Shown: positions 32,753 through 42,060 of the stretch, piece by piece
Position numbering within the stretch: position 1 is the stretch's first letter
Layout of the letters: each line of letters opens with the position of its first letter
NCBI GenBank assembly: GCA_021324235.1
Contig: JAJPJM010000153.1
Coordinates: 471-64,470, forward strand
Origin: Verrucomicrobiota bacterium
GTDB taxonomy: Bacteria > Verrucomicrobiota > Verrucomicrobiia > Limisphaerales > UBA11358
DNA length: 64,000 bases
Direction: 5' to 3'
Notes under the pieces: model-generated
What the model was told of the DNA's origin: nothing
The model's input: only the letters and a program-made list of their open reading frames with translations
Databases searched by the model: none
Position numbers and translations under genes: made by a program

Positions 32753-33565
32753 GTGCATCCGATTGCGTTTCATCTGGGACCGCTCACCATTCATTGGTAC
32801 GGCGTCATGATTGCCGTGGCGTTTTTGGTGGGCCTGTGGACGGCCAGCCGCCGTGCTCCGCGTGAAAATATCCCCGGCGAACGCATCGCCGACATCGTGC
32901 TCTGGCTCATGGTGGGCGCCATCCTCGGCGCCCGCATCGTCTATGTGACGACCTATTGGAAGGATGAATTCGCCAACCAGCCGCTCACGGAAATTTTCAT
33001 GATCCAGCACGGCGGGCTGGTTTATTACGGCGGCCTGATTGGCGCGATCCTGGCCGGGTTCGTTTACATTCGCTGGAAAAAACTGCCGATGTGGAAGGTC
33101 GCCGACGTGCTGGCGCCGAGCATCGCGTTGGGAAACTTTTTTGGCCGGGTCGGTTGTTTTTTCAATGGCTGTTGTTATGGCCGTCCGACCCATCTGCCCT
33201 GGGGCGTTCAATTCCCCAACCAGTCCTACGCCTGGTTCCAGCAATATCAGCAGGGCCTCGTCGGCAAAAGTGACCCGTCCCTGCCCGTGCATCCCACGGA
33301 AATTTATGATGCGGTAAATAATGTCCTGCTTTACCTCCTGCTGGCGTGGCTGTTCCGGCACAAAAAATTCGACGGGCAGGTGTTTGCCACCTATCTCGTC
33401 GGCTATGCCGTCACCCGCACGTTCATGGAATATTTTCGCGGTGATTATCCGCCCGACCACCTGCACTACGGCCTCACACCGGGCATGTTGGTCAGTATTC
33501 CCATTTTCATTGTCGGCCTCGCGCTCGGTGCCATCCGGTCGCAACGCGAGGCGAAACGGGCATAA
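32753..33565 (+). CDS. lgt: Prolipoprotein diacylglyceryl transferase
   Basis: HPIAFHLGPLTIHWYGVMIAVAF, GRVGCFFNGCCYG and HPTEIY motifs. Confidence 0.9.
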   Translation: MHPIAFHLGPLTIHWYGVMIAVAFLVGLWTASRRAPRENIPGERIADIVLWLMVGAILGARIVYVTTYWKDEFANQPLTEIFMIQHGGLVYYGGLIGAILAGFVYIRWKKLPMWKVADVLAPSIALGNFFGRVGCFFNGCCYGRPTHLPWGVQFPNQSYAWFQQYQQGLVGKSDPSLPVHPTEIYDAVNNVLLYLLLAWLFRHKKFDGQVFATYLVGYAVTRTFMEYFRGDYPPDHLHYGLTPGMLVSIPIFIVGLALGAIRSQREAKRA

Positions 33566-33582
33566 CGACTGGAGGATTAAAG

Positions 33583-34572
33583 ATGGCCAAGCCCGATCTC
33601 CCATCTCCCATCTCTCATCTCCCGATCCTCATCGCGGGCCCCACAGCGGTGGGAAAATCAGAAATTGCACTCCGGCTGGCCGAACGGCTGGGCGGCGAAA
33701 TCATCTCCGCCGACTCCATGCAGGTGTATCGCGGACTCGACATTGGCACGGCCAAACCGTTGCCCGCCGACCGCGTTCGCGTGCCGCATCACCTCATTGA
33801 TATTTGCGGCCTGACTGAATCCTTCGATGCCGCGCAATTCATCCGGCTGGCGCAAAAGGCGGTTGCCGAAATTCAGGCGCGCGGCCGCGTGCCGGTTTTC
33901 TGCGGCGGCACGGGCCTTTATTTCAAGGCCTTTTTGAGCGGCCTTGGCGAGGCGCCTTCCGCCAATCCCGAACTTCGAGCCAGGCTGGAAGCCATGCCGT
34001 TTGAGGAGCTGCTCCGTGAACTGCGCGAACGCGACCTGGCGGCCTATGAAAAAATTGATAAACAAAATCCGCGCCGCGTCATTCGCGCGGTGGAAGTGAT
34101 CCGGTTGACCGGCAAAAAGTTTTCGGCGCAAAAATCGCGGTGGGGCGAAACGCCGTCAAGCCCCAGTTTCAAAACGGAAGAAGGAAAATCAGGGCTCGAG
34201 AGACGCTCGCCCCACCAGATCAGATTTTATTGTTTCACACGGGCGCCTGCAGATTTGCAGGCGCGCATCAGTGCGCGCGTGGATACGATGTTCGCGCGCG
34301 GCCTGGTGGATGAGACGCGCGAATTGCTTAAGCGCGGGCTCGCGGAAAACCAAACGGCGATGCAGGCCATCGGTTACCGGCAGGTGGCGGAACATCTGCG
34401 CGGCGAGCGGTCATTGGCGGAAACCATTGAACTGGTGAAAATCAAGACGCGCCAATTTGCCAAGCGGCAATTGACCTGGTTTCGCCGTCAGCTTGACCCG
34501 GAATGGATGGAATTAAAGCCGGAAGAATCGCTGGAAGCGGTTGTGCAGAAAATTTGCGAGGCGATAAGTTAA
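33583..34572 (+). CDS. miaA: tRNA dimethylallyltransferase
   Basis: GPTAVGKS P-loop, SADSMQVYRGLDIGTAKP, and KRQLTWFR near the C-terminus. Carries a 5' heptamer repeat and an internal palindromic element, listed separately. Confidence 0.9.
   Translation: MAKPDLPSPISHLPILIAGPTAVGKSEIALRLAERLGGEIISADSMQVYRGLDIGTAKPLPADRVRVPHHLIDICGLTESFDAAQFIRLAQKAVAEIQARGRVPVFCGGTGLYFKAFLSGLGEAPSANPELRARLEAMPFEELLRELRERDLAAYEKIDKQNPRRVIRAVEVIRLTGKKFSAQKSRWGETPSSPSFKTEEGKSGLERRSPHQIRFYCFTRAPADLQARISARVDTMFARGLVDETRELLKRGLAENQTAMQAIGYRQVAEHLRGERSLAETIELVKIKTRQFAKRQLTWFRRQLDPEWMELKPEESLEAVVQKICEAIS
33596..33623. repeat. Heptanucleotide tandem repeat (ATCTCCC)x4 in the first codons of miaA
   Basis: atctccc atctccc atctctc atctccc. 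It encodes ..DLPSPISHLP.. ahead of the P-loop. Confidence 0.8.
34139..34216. repeat. 78-bp palindromic element with 10-bp terminal inverted repeats, translated as part of miaA
   Basis: GGTGGGGCGA ... TCGCCCCACC. It shares the 15-mer gacgctcgccccacc with the leuS element and encodes WGETPSSPSFKTEEGKSGLERRSPH. Confidence 0.65.
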
Positions 34573-35255
34573 ATTTCCCTCGCCCGTTTGACGACGACTT
34601 CAATTCCAGCCTTGTTTTTCGCAATCATGTTCGCGGGCAGGATGCCGCGCCAGAAGACATTTGGATAAATCACCGCGCTGCGTCCGACGATGCTGCCAGG
34701 GTTCAGCACGGCGTTGCAGCCCACTTCCGCACCGTCACCGAGCAACGCACCGAATTTGCGCAGGCCGGTGTCAAACGGCTTTCCGTCCAGTTCCAGCTCG
34801 ATGTTGCCGGGAAAGAGCTTGTAATTGGAGATCTTCACGCCCGCGCCGAGGTGCGCCTTGTGGCCGAGGATGGAGTCGCCGACATAATTGAAATGCGGCG
34901 CCTGCGCACCATTGAACAGCAACGAGTTTTTCAGTTCGGTCGAGTTGCCGACGACACAGCCGTCGCCGATGATGACGTTTTCCCGGATATAGGCGCCATG
35001 TCGGATCTTGCAGTTTTTGCCGATGATGGCCGGGCCTTTGATCATCGCACCGTCCTCGACCACCGTGCCTTCACCGATAAACACTTTTTCGCTGATGAAC
35101 GCCCGGCCTTCGCAGGTGTTGCGCAGTTCAGATTTCAGATGTGCGACAATGTAGGATTCGATTTTTTTCAGGGCTTCCCACGCGAATTTGCAGCCGTCAA
35201 AGACGGCGGCGTGTTCCGTTTGGCTGAGGTCAAACAGGTCGGCTGGTTCGAACAT
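34569..35255 (-). CDS. Left-handed beta-helix (hexapeptide-repeat) transferase, GlmU C-terminal-like
   Basis: ORF 34569..35276(-); start moved to MFEPADLF. Hexapeptide repeats are present (IGEGTVVEDGAMIKGPAIIGKNCKIRHGAYIRENVIIGDGCVVG..). Confidence 0.65.
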   Translation of the reverse strand: MFEPADLFDLSQTEHAAVFDGCKFAWEALKKIESYIVAHLKSELRNTCEGRAFISEKVFIGEGTVVEDGAMIKGPAIIGKNCKIRHGAYIRENVIIGDGCVVGNSTELKNSLLFNGAQAPHFNYVGDSILGHKAHLGAGVKISNYKLFPGNIELELDGKPFDTGLRKFGALLGDGAEVGCNAVLNPGSIVGRSAVIYPNVFWRGILPANMIAKNKAGIEVVVKRAREI

Positions 35256-36035
35256 GCGGCCACAGTAACAAAACACCTGCGGTGGGAAAGCGCGATTTTA
35301 CCGGTATTTTTAGAAAATAATCAAAAGAAGCAAATCGCCAGCCGACGGTTTGCGCCGGGGAATGGATCAGTCTCCTGGCGCGGCCGGTCATATGGCCGAG
35401 CCGCGCAGGTTTCTATTTTTCAGGAGACATGATGCCGGTATGGAAGCCCGTTTCATCCTCATAGCCCAACGGTACGCGAGACCGGATTATGATGAGAAAT
35501 TTTGAGAGGATTCCACTCCAGTGGCGGTTTTCCGCGGATTCAAAATGCCCGGGCTCGCCGTCGCTGGATGGTGGCCCGTTTTCCTGAACGTCTTGATCGG
35601 ACGAATGATAGCCGTCAGCCATGAGCTGACTATCAGGGACGGAAACGAAGAAAGCTCGTCATCCTTTGGCCATTTTTTTGCAAAAATTGCGCGGATTTAT
35701 CAACTGCCCTTCATATCCTGGCGGGTAATCGATTTGGCGGAACAGTTTTTTATTTCGGGATTTACCGCCGGCACTGTCAACGGAATGGTACTCGAGTGTC
35801 CAAATGGAACACAAACAGAGGAGTTTGGTGACGCCCCTGGCTCGGGATTTTGGTTGAATTGCCCGGTTTCTGCGGGTTTTCAAGGTTCTGAAAAGGTGGG
35901 GTTTAAATCCGAACCTGCCTCTTGAAGCACAGCGCCAAGGCATGGCAACTGCTCATAGCTTCAAGCGATTAACGCGTTATCGGAAGATAAAACCTGGGCG
36001 ACACAAATCGCGGTTTGGCGACGTCGAATAATGAT

Positions 36036-36800
36036 ATGAAAATTCGGACTCTGCTTGTGGATGACCAGTCAACCGGACTGGCCGTATTGAGGGACATGCT
36101 TCGTTACGAACCAGACATTGAGATCGTTGGCATGGCCGCCACCGGCCATCAAGCCATCGAAGCCATCAACCAGTTCGCGCCCGATCTGGTGTTTCTCGAC
36201 GTGCAAATGCCCGAATTGGACGGCTTCGAGGTGGTCGCCCAAATCAAGCTTTCGCCGATGCCGATCATCATCTTTGTGACGGGTCACGACGATTATGCGT
36301 TGAAGGCCTTCGAGGCGCACGCCCTGGACTATCTGGTAAAACCCTGCCAGCTGGCCCGGCTGCGGTCGGCGGTGCAACGGGCCCGACAACAAATTCAGAA
36401 CCACCAGAACGGGGACATCCAGCAGAAGCTGGACAGTCTGGTACAGGACCTGAAGGCGAACTCAAAGTATCCGGAACGTCTGGCGGTAAAATCCAACGGA
36501 CGGATCGTTTTTCTGCGCCTGACCGACATCGACATGGTCGAAGCCGCGGACAACTACGTAAAGCTCTACGTTGGCAATGAAACGCACATGCTGCGTGAAA
36601 CCCTGACGGCGCTGGAGGAAAAGCTTCCCCCCGACCGTTTCGTGCGCATCAGCCGTTCGACCATCGTGAACATCGAATCCGTCAAGGAACTGCATCCCAT
36701 GTTCCATGGCGAATATACGGTCACGTTGCACAACGGCACCCATGCCACCCTCACCCGAGGATACCGGGAACAACTCCGGCAACTTGGTGTGATGACCTGA
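36036..36800 (+). CDS. LytTR-family response regulator (REC + LytTR DNA-binding domain)
   Basis: REC domain (MKIRTLLVDD..DLVFLDVQMPELDGFEV) and LytTR domain (ERLAVKSNGRIVFLRLTDIDMVEAADNYVKLY..FVRISRSTIVN). No adjacent histidine kinase. Confidence 0.85.
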   Translation: MKIRTLLVDDQSTGLAVLRDMLRYEPDIEIVGMAATGHQAIEAINQFAPDLVFLDVQMPELDGFEVVAQIKLSPMPIIIFVTGHDDYALKAFEAHALDYLVKPCQLARLRSAVQRARQQIQNHQNGDIQQKLDSLVQDLKANSKYPERLAVKSNGRIVFLRLTDIDMVEAADNYVKLYVGNETHMLRETLTALEEKLPPDRFVRISRSTIVNIESVKELHPMFHGEYTVTLHNGTHATLTRGYREQLRQLGVMT

Positions 36801-36967
36801 GCCGGGCCGTGCTGGTTCAGGCAGGTTGGTCCTCATTTTCCCTCTGAATTCCGCCCCTCCCCGGGCGTCATTCACCCCTCAAATCCCGCAATGCGTCCCT
36901 AAACCGTTCCGTTTCAAGCGGTTTGTGTTAAATAACTCATAGTCTGAAAACGCAAAACAAAATCGTT

Positions 36968-39871
36968 ATGAACAAATCGTCGATGCTGGTTATTTTGGGC
37001 GCGCTGCTGGTGGCAGACAGTCTGGCCCCGTCCGCGCGGGCGCAGAGCAACGTTGTTTATGCCGCTGAGTACAATCAATCGACCAATCATTTCGGCACCA
37101 TCAATTTGTTGAACGGCAACTTCACCAGGATCGCCTCGATCGGTTCGGTGAAGATCAACGACATCGCGTACTGCCCCACGAACGGCGTGTTGTATGGCAT
37201 ATCGAACTCCACCGCCCTGGTCACGTTCAACAAGACCAACGGCGCCATTACCAAAGTCGCCAACTTGAGTGTCAATAGCATTGAGTCCCTGGCCTTCCGG
37301 CCCAGCGACGGAAAACTGTTCGGAGCCACGCAGAGCAAGTTGTACACGATCAATCCCGTCACCGGAACGGCGACTTCGGTCGGAAGTTATGGCAGCCCCA
37401 ACAATCTCAACGATGCCGGACAAAACATCCGTTTTGCGCAGGATGGCAATCTCTACGTGAGTAATACGAGTACCAACACCGACATTTACCGGCTCAACAC
37501 CACGAATGGAAGTGCGACCTGGGTGGGCGAAGCCGTCGGCTATCCCTATCTGATGCTAATGAATGCCAGTTCAAACATGTACGGGGTCTTCGTCAATTTG
37601 GGAAACGGAAGCAACTCCTACCCCGAACTGGCGAGTTTCAATTTGAGCAGCTTCGTCACCGGCGGGACCAATGCCAATGGCAGCACTCACCAGATCACTC
37701 TTAATCTGGTGGGCGCCGGCACCAACTTTCCCGCCAACATCGTCTTTTCCGGCAATGTCCCTCAACCCGTTACCAATCTTACCATCGCGGTGAGCGCCAC
37801 CGGACCGACGAGTCAGACGGTTTGTCCGGGTGACGGCGTCGTATTCAGCACGGTGGCTTCCGGCACCGGACCTTACAGCTATGCCTGGTTGAAGAGTGGT
37901 TCGGTTCTCAGCGGCCAGACCAACAGCAGTCTGACTCTGCTGAATGTGGGTGCCGGGGACGCGGCGACTTATAGCGTCATCGTGAGCGGAGCGATGGGCA
38001 TGGTGACCAACAGCGCCACCTTGACGGTGAACGCGCCGGTGACCGTGACCACGGCGCCCCTTAACCAGACCAGCGTGGCCGGTGGCAGCGCGAGCTTTAG
38101 CGTGACGGCGAGCGGAACCGGTTTGAGCTATCAATGGTTGTTTAACGGCCAGGTCATCGGGACCAGCACCAACCTGATCTTGAACAATCTGCTTACCAGC
38201 CAGGCGGGCGTTTACACGGTGATTGTCAGCGGCACTTGCGGGAGCGTAACCAACAACGCCACCTTGACGGTGAACAAAGCCGCGGCCTCGATTACATTGG
38301 GCAGCCTCAATCCGACCTACAACGGTTCGGCCGAAGCGGCCACGGCGACTACAACTCCGAACGGGCTGGCAGTGACCTTTACTTACAACGGTTCAGCCAC
38401 CGTTCCGACGAGCGCCGGTACTTATACCGTGGTGGGAACGATCAATGACCCCAATTATCAAGGCAGCGCAACGGGTACGATGGTGATTGCCCGGGCTTCA
38501 GGCGGTATCGTGCTGGGCAGCTTGAACCCGACCTATAACGGTTCAGCCGAAGCGGCCACGGCGACGACCACTCCGGGCGGGCTGGCGGTAACCTTTACTT
38601 ACAACGGTTCAACCACCGTTCCGACGAGCGCCGGCAGTTACACGGTGGTGGGAACGATCAATGACCCCAATTATCAAGGCAGCGCAAGTGGTACGATGGT
38701 GATTGCCCAGGCTTCCAGCACGATCGTACTGGGCAACTTGAACCCGACCTACAACGGTTCGGCTGAAGCGGCAACAGCGATGACCACTCCGGGCGGGCTG
38801 GCGGTAACCTTTACTTACAACGGTTCAACCACCGTTCCGACGAGCGCCGGCAGTTACACGGTGGTGGGAATGATCAATGACCCCAATTATCAAGGCAGTG
38901 CCACGGGTACGATGGTGATCGCCCAAGCTTCAGGTGGCATCGTGTTGGGCAACCTGAACTCGACCTATAACGGTTCAGCCGAAGCGGCCACGGCGACGAC
39001 CACTCCGGGCGGGCTGGCGGTGACCTTTACTTACAACGGTTCAACCACCGTTCCGACGAGTGCCGGCAGCTACACGGTGGTGGGAATGATCAATGACCCC
39101 AATTATCAAGGCAGCGCAACGGGCACGCTGGTGATTGCCCAGGCTCCCCTGACTATCACGGCCGCGGCCAACACCAAGACTTACGACGGTACCACCAATG
39201 CCGCAGCGGTTCCAACGGTCACTGGTTTACAAGGTTTCGATACCGTGACGGGTCTGGCTGAAACTTATGACACCAGGAATGTCGGTACCGGTAAGACGCT
39301 CACCGTCATCACCTATACCGTCAATGACGGCAATGCCGGTGCCAACTACACCGTTAACACCGTTTCCAGTTCCGCAGGTGAAATCGACCCGGCGACGCTG
39401 ACGGTGACGGCTAATAACGAGAGCAAGATGTGCGGACAACCCAATCCGGCACTGACAGCCAGTTATTCGGGTTTTATTACTGGAGAGGATACCAATGTGC
39501 TGACGTCCCCGGCGGTTTTGAGCACGACGGCGACGATTAACAGCACGCCCGGTGCGTATCCAATCACTGCCAGTGGCGTGGCCGCTGCCAACTACACGGT
39601 CAATTATGGCAACGGAATGCTGACCGTGACCGTGGCCCCGGTAGTACAATTGAGCTGCGCCAGCGTCAATGTCAGTGGGACCAAACAATTCGTCGTGAGC
39701 TGGTCGTCCGCCACCAATCAAACCTATCAACTGGAGTGGACCACCAATCTCACCACCGCTCCCGTTTGGACCCCAGCGGGCAGTTCCCTGCCCGGGACCG
39801 GCGGCATAATGTCCGTGACCAACAGCATGACCGCCGCACCGCGATGCTTCTTCCGGTTGGAGTTGCAATAA
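36968..39871 (+). CDS. Large secreted surface protein: N-terminal propeller-like region, two Ig-like modules, four MBG-like tandem repeats, C-terminal sorting-type domain
   Basis: 967 aa with a signal peptide. Two Ig-like repeats (..YSVIVSG..TNSATLTVN). A 72-aa unit (LNPTYNGSAEAATATTTPGGLAVTFTYNGSTTVPTSAGSYTVVG.INDPNYQGSA) occurs four times. Confidence 0.7.
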   Translation: MNKSSMLVILGALLVADSLAPSARAQSNVVYAAEYNQSTNHFGTINLLNGNFTRIASIGSVKINDIAYCPTNGVLYGISNSTALVTFNKTNGAITKVANLSVNSIESLAFRPSDGKLFGATQSKLYTINPVTGTATSVGSYGSPNNLNDAGQNIRFAQDGNLYVSNTSTNTDIYRLNTTNGSATWVGEAVGYPYLMLMNASSNMYGVFVNLGNGSNSYPELASFNLSSFVTGGTNANGSTHQITLNLVGAGTNFPANIVFSGNVPQPVTNLTIAVSATGPTSQTVCPGDGVVFSTVASGTGPYSYAWLKSGSVLSGQTNSSLTLLNVGAGDAATYSVIVSGAMGMVTNSATLTVNAPVTVTTAPLNQTSVAGGSASFSVTASGTGLSYQWLFNGQVIGTSTNLILNNLLTSQAGVYTVIVSGTCGSVTNNATLTVNKAAASITLGSLNPTYNGSAEAATATTTPNGLAVTFTYNGSATVPTSAGTYTVVGTINDPNYQGSATGTMVIARASGGIVLGSLNPTYNGSAEAATATTTPGGLAVTFTYNGSTTVPTSAGSYTVVGTINDPNYQGSASGTMVIAQASSTIVLGNLNPTYNGSAEAATAMTTPGGLAVTFTYNGSTTVPTSAGSYTVVGMINDPNYQGSATGTMVIAQASGGIVLGNLNSTYNGSAEAATATTTPGGLAVTFTYNGSTTVPTSAGSYTVVGMINDPNYQGSATGTLVIAQAPLTITAAANTKTYDGTTNAAAVPTVTGLQGFDTVTGLAETYDTRNVGTGKTLTVITYTVNDGNAGANYTVNTVSSSAGEIDPATLTVTANNESKMCGQPNPALTASYSGFITGEDTNVLTSPAVLSTTATINSTPGAYPITASGVAAANYTVNYGNGMLTVTVAPVVQLSCASVNVSGTKQFVVSWSSATNQTYQLEWTTNLTTAPVWTPAGSSLPGTGGIMSVTNSMTAAPRCFFRLELQ
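38291..39154 (+). repeat. Four tandem 216-bp (72-codon) near-identical coding repeats
   Basis: Units at 38291, 38507, 38723 and 38939. Only a few substitutions per unit at the protein level. Confidence 0.9.
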
Positions 39872-40048
39872 ACAGCGCGACGACGTCATTCAACATAAAC
39901 GTCCAAACAATTGGGGGTCGCACCGGCCGGTGGATGAACATCCGCCGGCCGGCAAAGTTATCAACCGCCGCGGACAAGACCGCGGTGCCATCCTCCATGG
40001 TTTGTGATTGCCATGCCCCACTGACGGCTTAGAGTATTCAACGTTCAA

Positions 40049-40921
40049 ATGAAACTGCCCTGGCTCATACTCGGTTTGGCGATGGCGCCAATGTTCAACG
40101 TTTCAGCGCAAGTCACCGTCAGCCTGACACTGGATCAGGACCAGTTTCTGCCCAGTGAATCCTTGCCGGTGGCGGTGCATATTACGAATCAATCCGGCCA
40201 GCCGCTGCACCTGGGGGCGGATCCGGATTGGCTGACGTTCAGCGTGGAAGCGGCGGACAATTTCATCGTCGTCAAAAATTCCGATCCGCCCGTGCGCGGC
40301 GAATTTGAATTGGATTCCTCGCAGGTCGCCACCAAGCGTGTGGATCTGGTGCCCTATTTTGATCTCAGACAGCCGGGACATTATCGGATTATTGCGACGG
40401 TGCACCTCAAGGATTGGAACACCGATGTGACCAGCCCGCCGCGGGGGTTTGACGTGATTGATGGCGCGAAATTATGGTCGCAGGTGTTCGGGGTGCCGCT
40501 GCCCGCCGGGGTGAGCAATCGCCCGCCGGAAGTCCGGAAATATACGCTGGAAGAAGCCAATTACCTGCGGTTGCAATTGCGGATGTATGTCCAGGTGAGC
40601 GATGAATCCGGGAGCACGATATTCAAGGTGCGATCCATCGGCCCGATGGTTTCGTTCAGCCAGCCGGAGGAGCAACTGGATCGGTCCAGTAATCTGCATG
40701 TGCTTTACCAGAGCGGTGCCTCCAGCTTCATCTATTCGGTCATCAATCCTGACGGCGACATTGTCCGGCAGGACATTTACGATTACCTCGATGTGCATCC
40801 CCGGCTTCGGGTCGGTGATGACGGAACGGTCACCGTCTTCGGCGGCATCCGCCGGGTGAAGCCGCAGGATGTGCCGCCGGTAAGGTCGCCGGAAGAATTA
40901 AGCCCGCCCGCCAAACCGTGA
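40049..40921 (+). CDS. Secreted hypothetical protein
   Basis: 290-aa ORF with the signal peptide MKLPWLILGLAMAPMFNVSAQ. No recognisable motif. Confidence 0.55.
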   Translation: MKLPWLILGLAMAPMFNVSAQVTVSLTLDQDQFLPSESLPVAVHITNQSGQPLHLGADPDWLTFSVEAADNFIVVKNSDPPVRGEFELDSSQVATKRVDLVPYFDLRQPGHYRIIATVHLKDWNTDVTSPPRGFDVIDGAKLWSQVFGVPLPAGVSNRPPEVRKYTLEEANYLRLQLRMYVQVSDESGSTIFKVRSIGPMVSFSQPEEQLDRSSNLHVLYQSGASSFIYSVINPDGDIVRQDIYDYLDVHPRLRVGDDGTVTVFGGIRRVKPQDVPPVRSPEELSPPAKP

Positions 40922-40929
40922 GCGCGGCG

Positions 40930-41988
40930 TTATTGAGTCAAGTCCTGCCCTGACAGGACCTGTGCCTGCAACTGCTGGACGATGAGCCGCGCGCGCGCCA
41001 CGGCGGTGTCCTGCGTTTCCCCTAGAAACGATTTCAACTCGACGCGCACGGCCGCCACCGGATCGCCATTGCGGTCGGTCAAGGCCATGACCACCGCCAC
41101 CGTGCCCTGGCCGCGCCCGAAAGAGACCGTGCCGGCGGCGATGGCGCCCTTTTCAGCATCGGTGCCGGGCTGGCCGATTTCCTTTTCGTTGTTGCTGGCG
41201 ATGATTTGCGGTTTGCCCTGGTCATCCAGCGTATAAACCCGGAGTTCCAGAATGCGTGGATATTTCTGCATCAGGCCCTGCACCAGGGTTTGCGCCATCG
41301 GTACGCGCGGGGTGTAGTTGATCGTGGTGTCGCCAAAATAACTGACGGCATCCGATTTTGTCCAAAAGCCGATGTGGCCGGAGGTGAAGGTATTGTCGAC
41401 CACCGGCGGCATTACCAGGTGATCATCCAGCAGGCAGATGATTTGATTGCCCTGGCATTGGATGCCCAGCGTATGCCAGACATTGGAGGCAATGTCCATG
41501 TCCGGTCCCAGGAGATTGCCGCGCAGCCCGTTCACCACCTTATAGAAGCGAATGTTATGCCCCAGCGCGCTGGCGCGGATCACGTAAAAATTCGACGCGT
41601 TCTGATAGCGGAACACGATGCCCGCCATTTGTTCCGCCACGCCGCTGACGATTTTAAACTGCGTCGTCAGTTTGAAATCCTTGAAGGTCTCCCGGTCATA
41701 GACCAGCATCGGAAACCGTTCATCGGTGGGATCCTCGCTGAGTTGGGCGAGCACGGCGTGCCGGTTCATGGTCGGGGTCCGGCCCGCCTGAGGCGTCAAG
41801 GGGGCAAACGCCGACGGAACTTCATCCACGATGATTTTCCAATCGCCCGGCCGGCCGCCGCCGGCCAGCGTATTGTGAAAACCAGCCGGCGTTTCATTCG
41901 TTGGGTAATTGCCAAAATTAATGTTTATTTCCGCGCCGTAAACGGGCAGGGTCGACGCGAGCGCGAGGCCGAAAAACAAATTACGCAT
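40930..41988 (-). CDS. Secreted protein with a DUF1080/concanavalin-like lectin-fold domain plus a C-terminal sensor-like domain
   Basis: ORF 40930..42045(-); start moved to MRNLFFGLALASTLPVYGAE. FKDFKLTTQFKIVSG..AGIVFRYQNASNFYVIRA..GHIGFWTKSD is typical of DUF1080. Confidence 0.6.
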   Translation of the reverse strand: MRNLFFGLALASTLPVYGAEININFGNYPTNETPAGFHNTLAGGGRPGDWKIIVDEVPSAFAPLTPQAGRTPTMNRHAVLAQLSEDPTDERFPMLVYDRETFKDFKLTTQFKIVSGVAEQMAGIVFRYQNASNFYVIRASALGHNIRFYKVVNGLRGNLLGPDMDIASNVWHTLGIQCQGNQIICLLDDHLVMPPVVDNTFTSGHIGFWTKSDAVSYFGDTTINYTPRVPMAQTLVQGLMQKYPRILELRVYTLDDQGKPQIIASNNEKEIGQPGTDAEKGAIAAGTVSFGRGQGTVAVVMALTDRNGDPVAAVRVELKSFLGETQDTAVARARLIVQQLQAQVLSGQDLTQ

Positions 41989-42060
41989 TGACGGCAGCGT
42001 AACAAAAACCGGCCGGACGACAAGTTTTTGCGCCCGGCCGGCCAATGATGGTGGTGATAA

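Noticed and set aside
35885-35915. tRNA T-arm-like string ggtggggtttaaatccgaacc in the low-GC gap
   Set aside because: No acceptor, D or anticodon stems can be built around it, and the stem flanking the loop does not pair.
35413-35943. Reverse-strand ORFs 35413-35622 and 35659-35943 and forward ORF 35521-35925 as real genes or a frameshifted pseudogene
   Set aside because: The ORFs mutually overlap and have no recognisable motif, signal or partner domain. I could not join the two reverse ORFs into a sensible protein. They are left unannotated and flagged only as a gap worth checking.
38291-39154. Regular 216-bp repeats that might be mistaken for a CRISPR-like array
   Set aside because: The units are contiguous with no unique spacers, far longer than CRISPR repeats, and in frame within a 967-aa ORF encoding a repeated protein domain. 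No cas genes are present.
40930-42060. Expected ilvN (acetolactate synthase small subunit) downstream of ilvB
   Set aside because: The downstream gene is a secreted DUF1080-type protein with no ACT domain. ilvN must be elsewhere or absent. I note this but do not treat it as significant without the whole genome.
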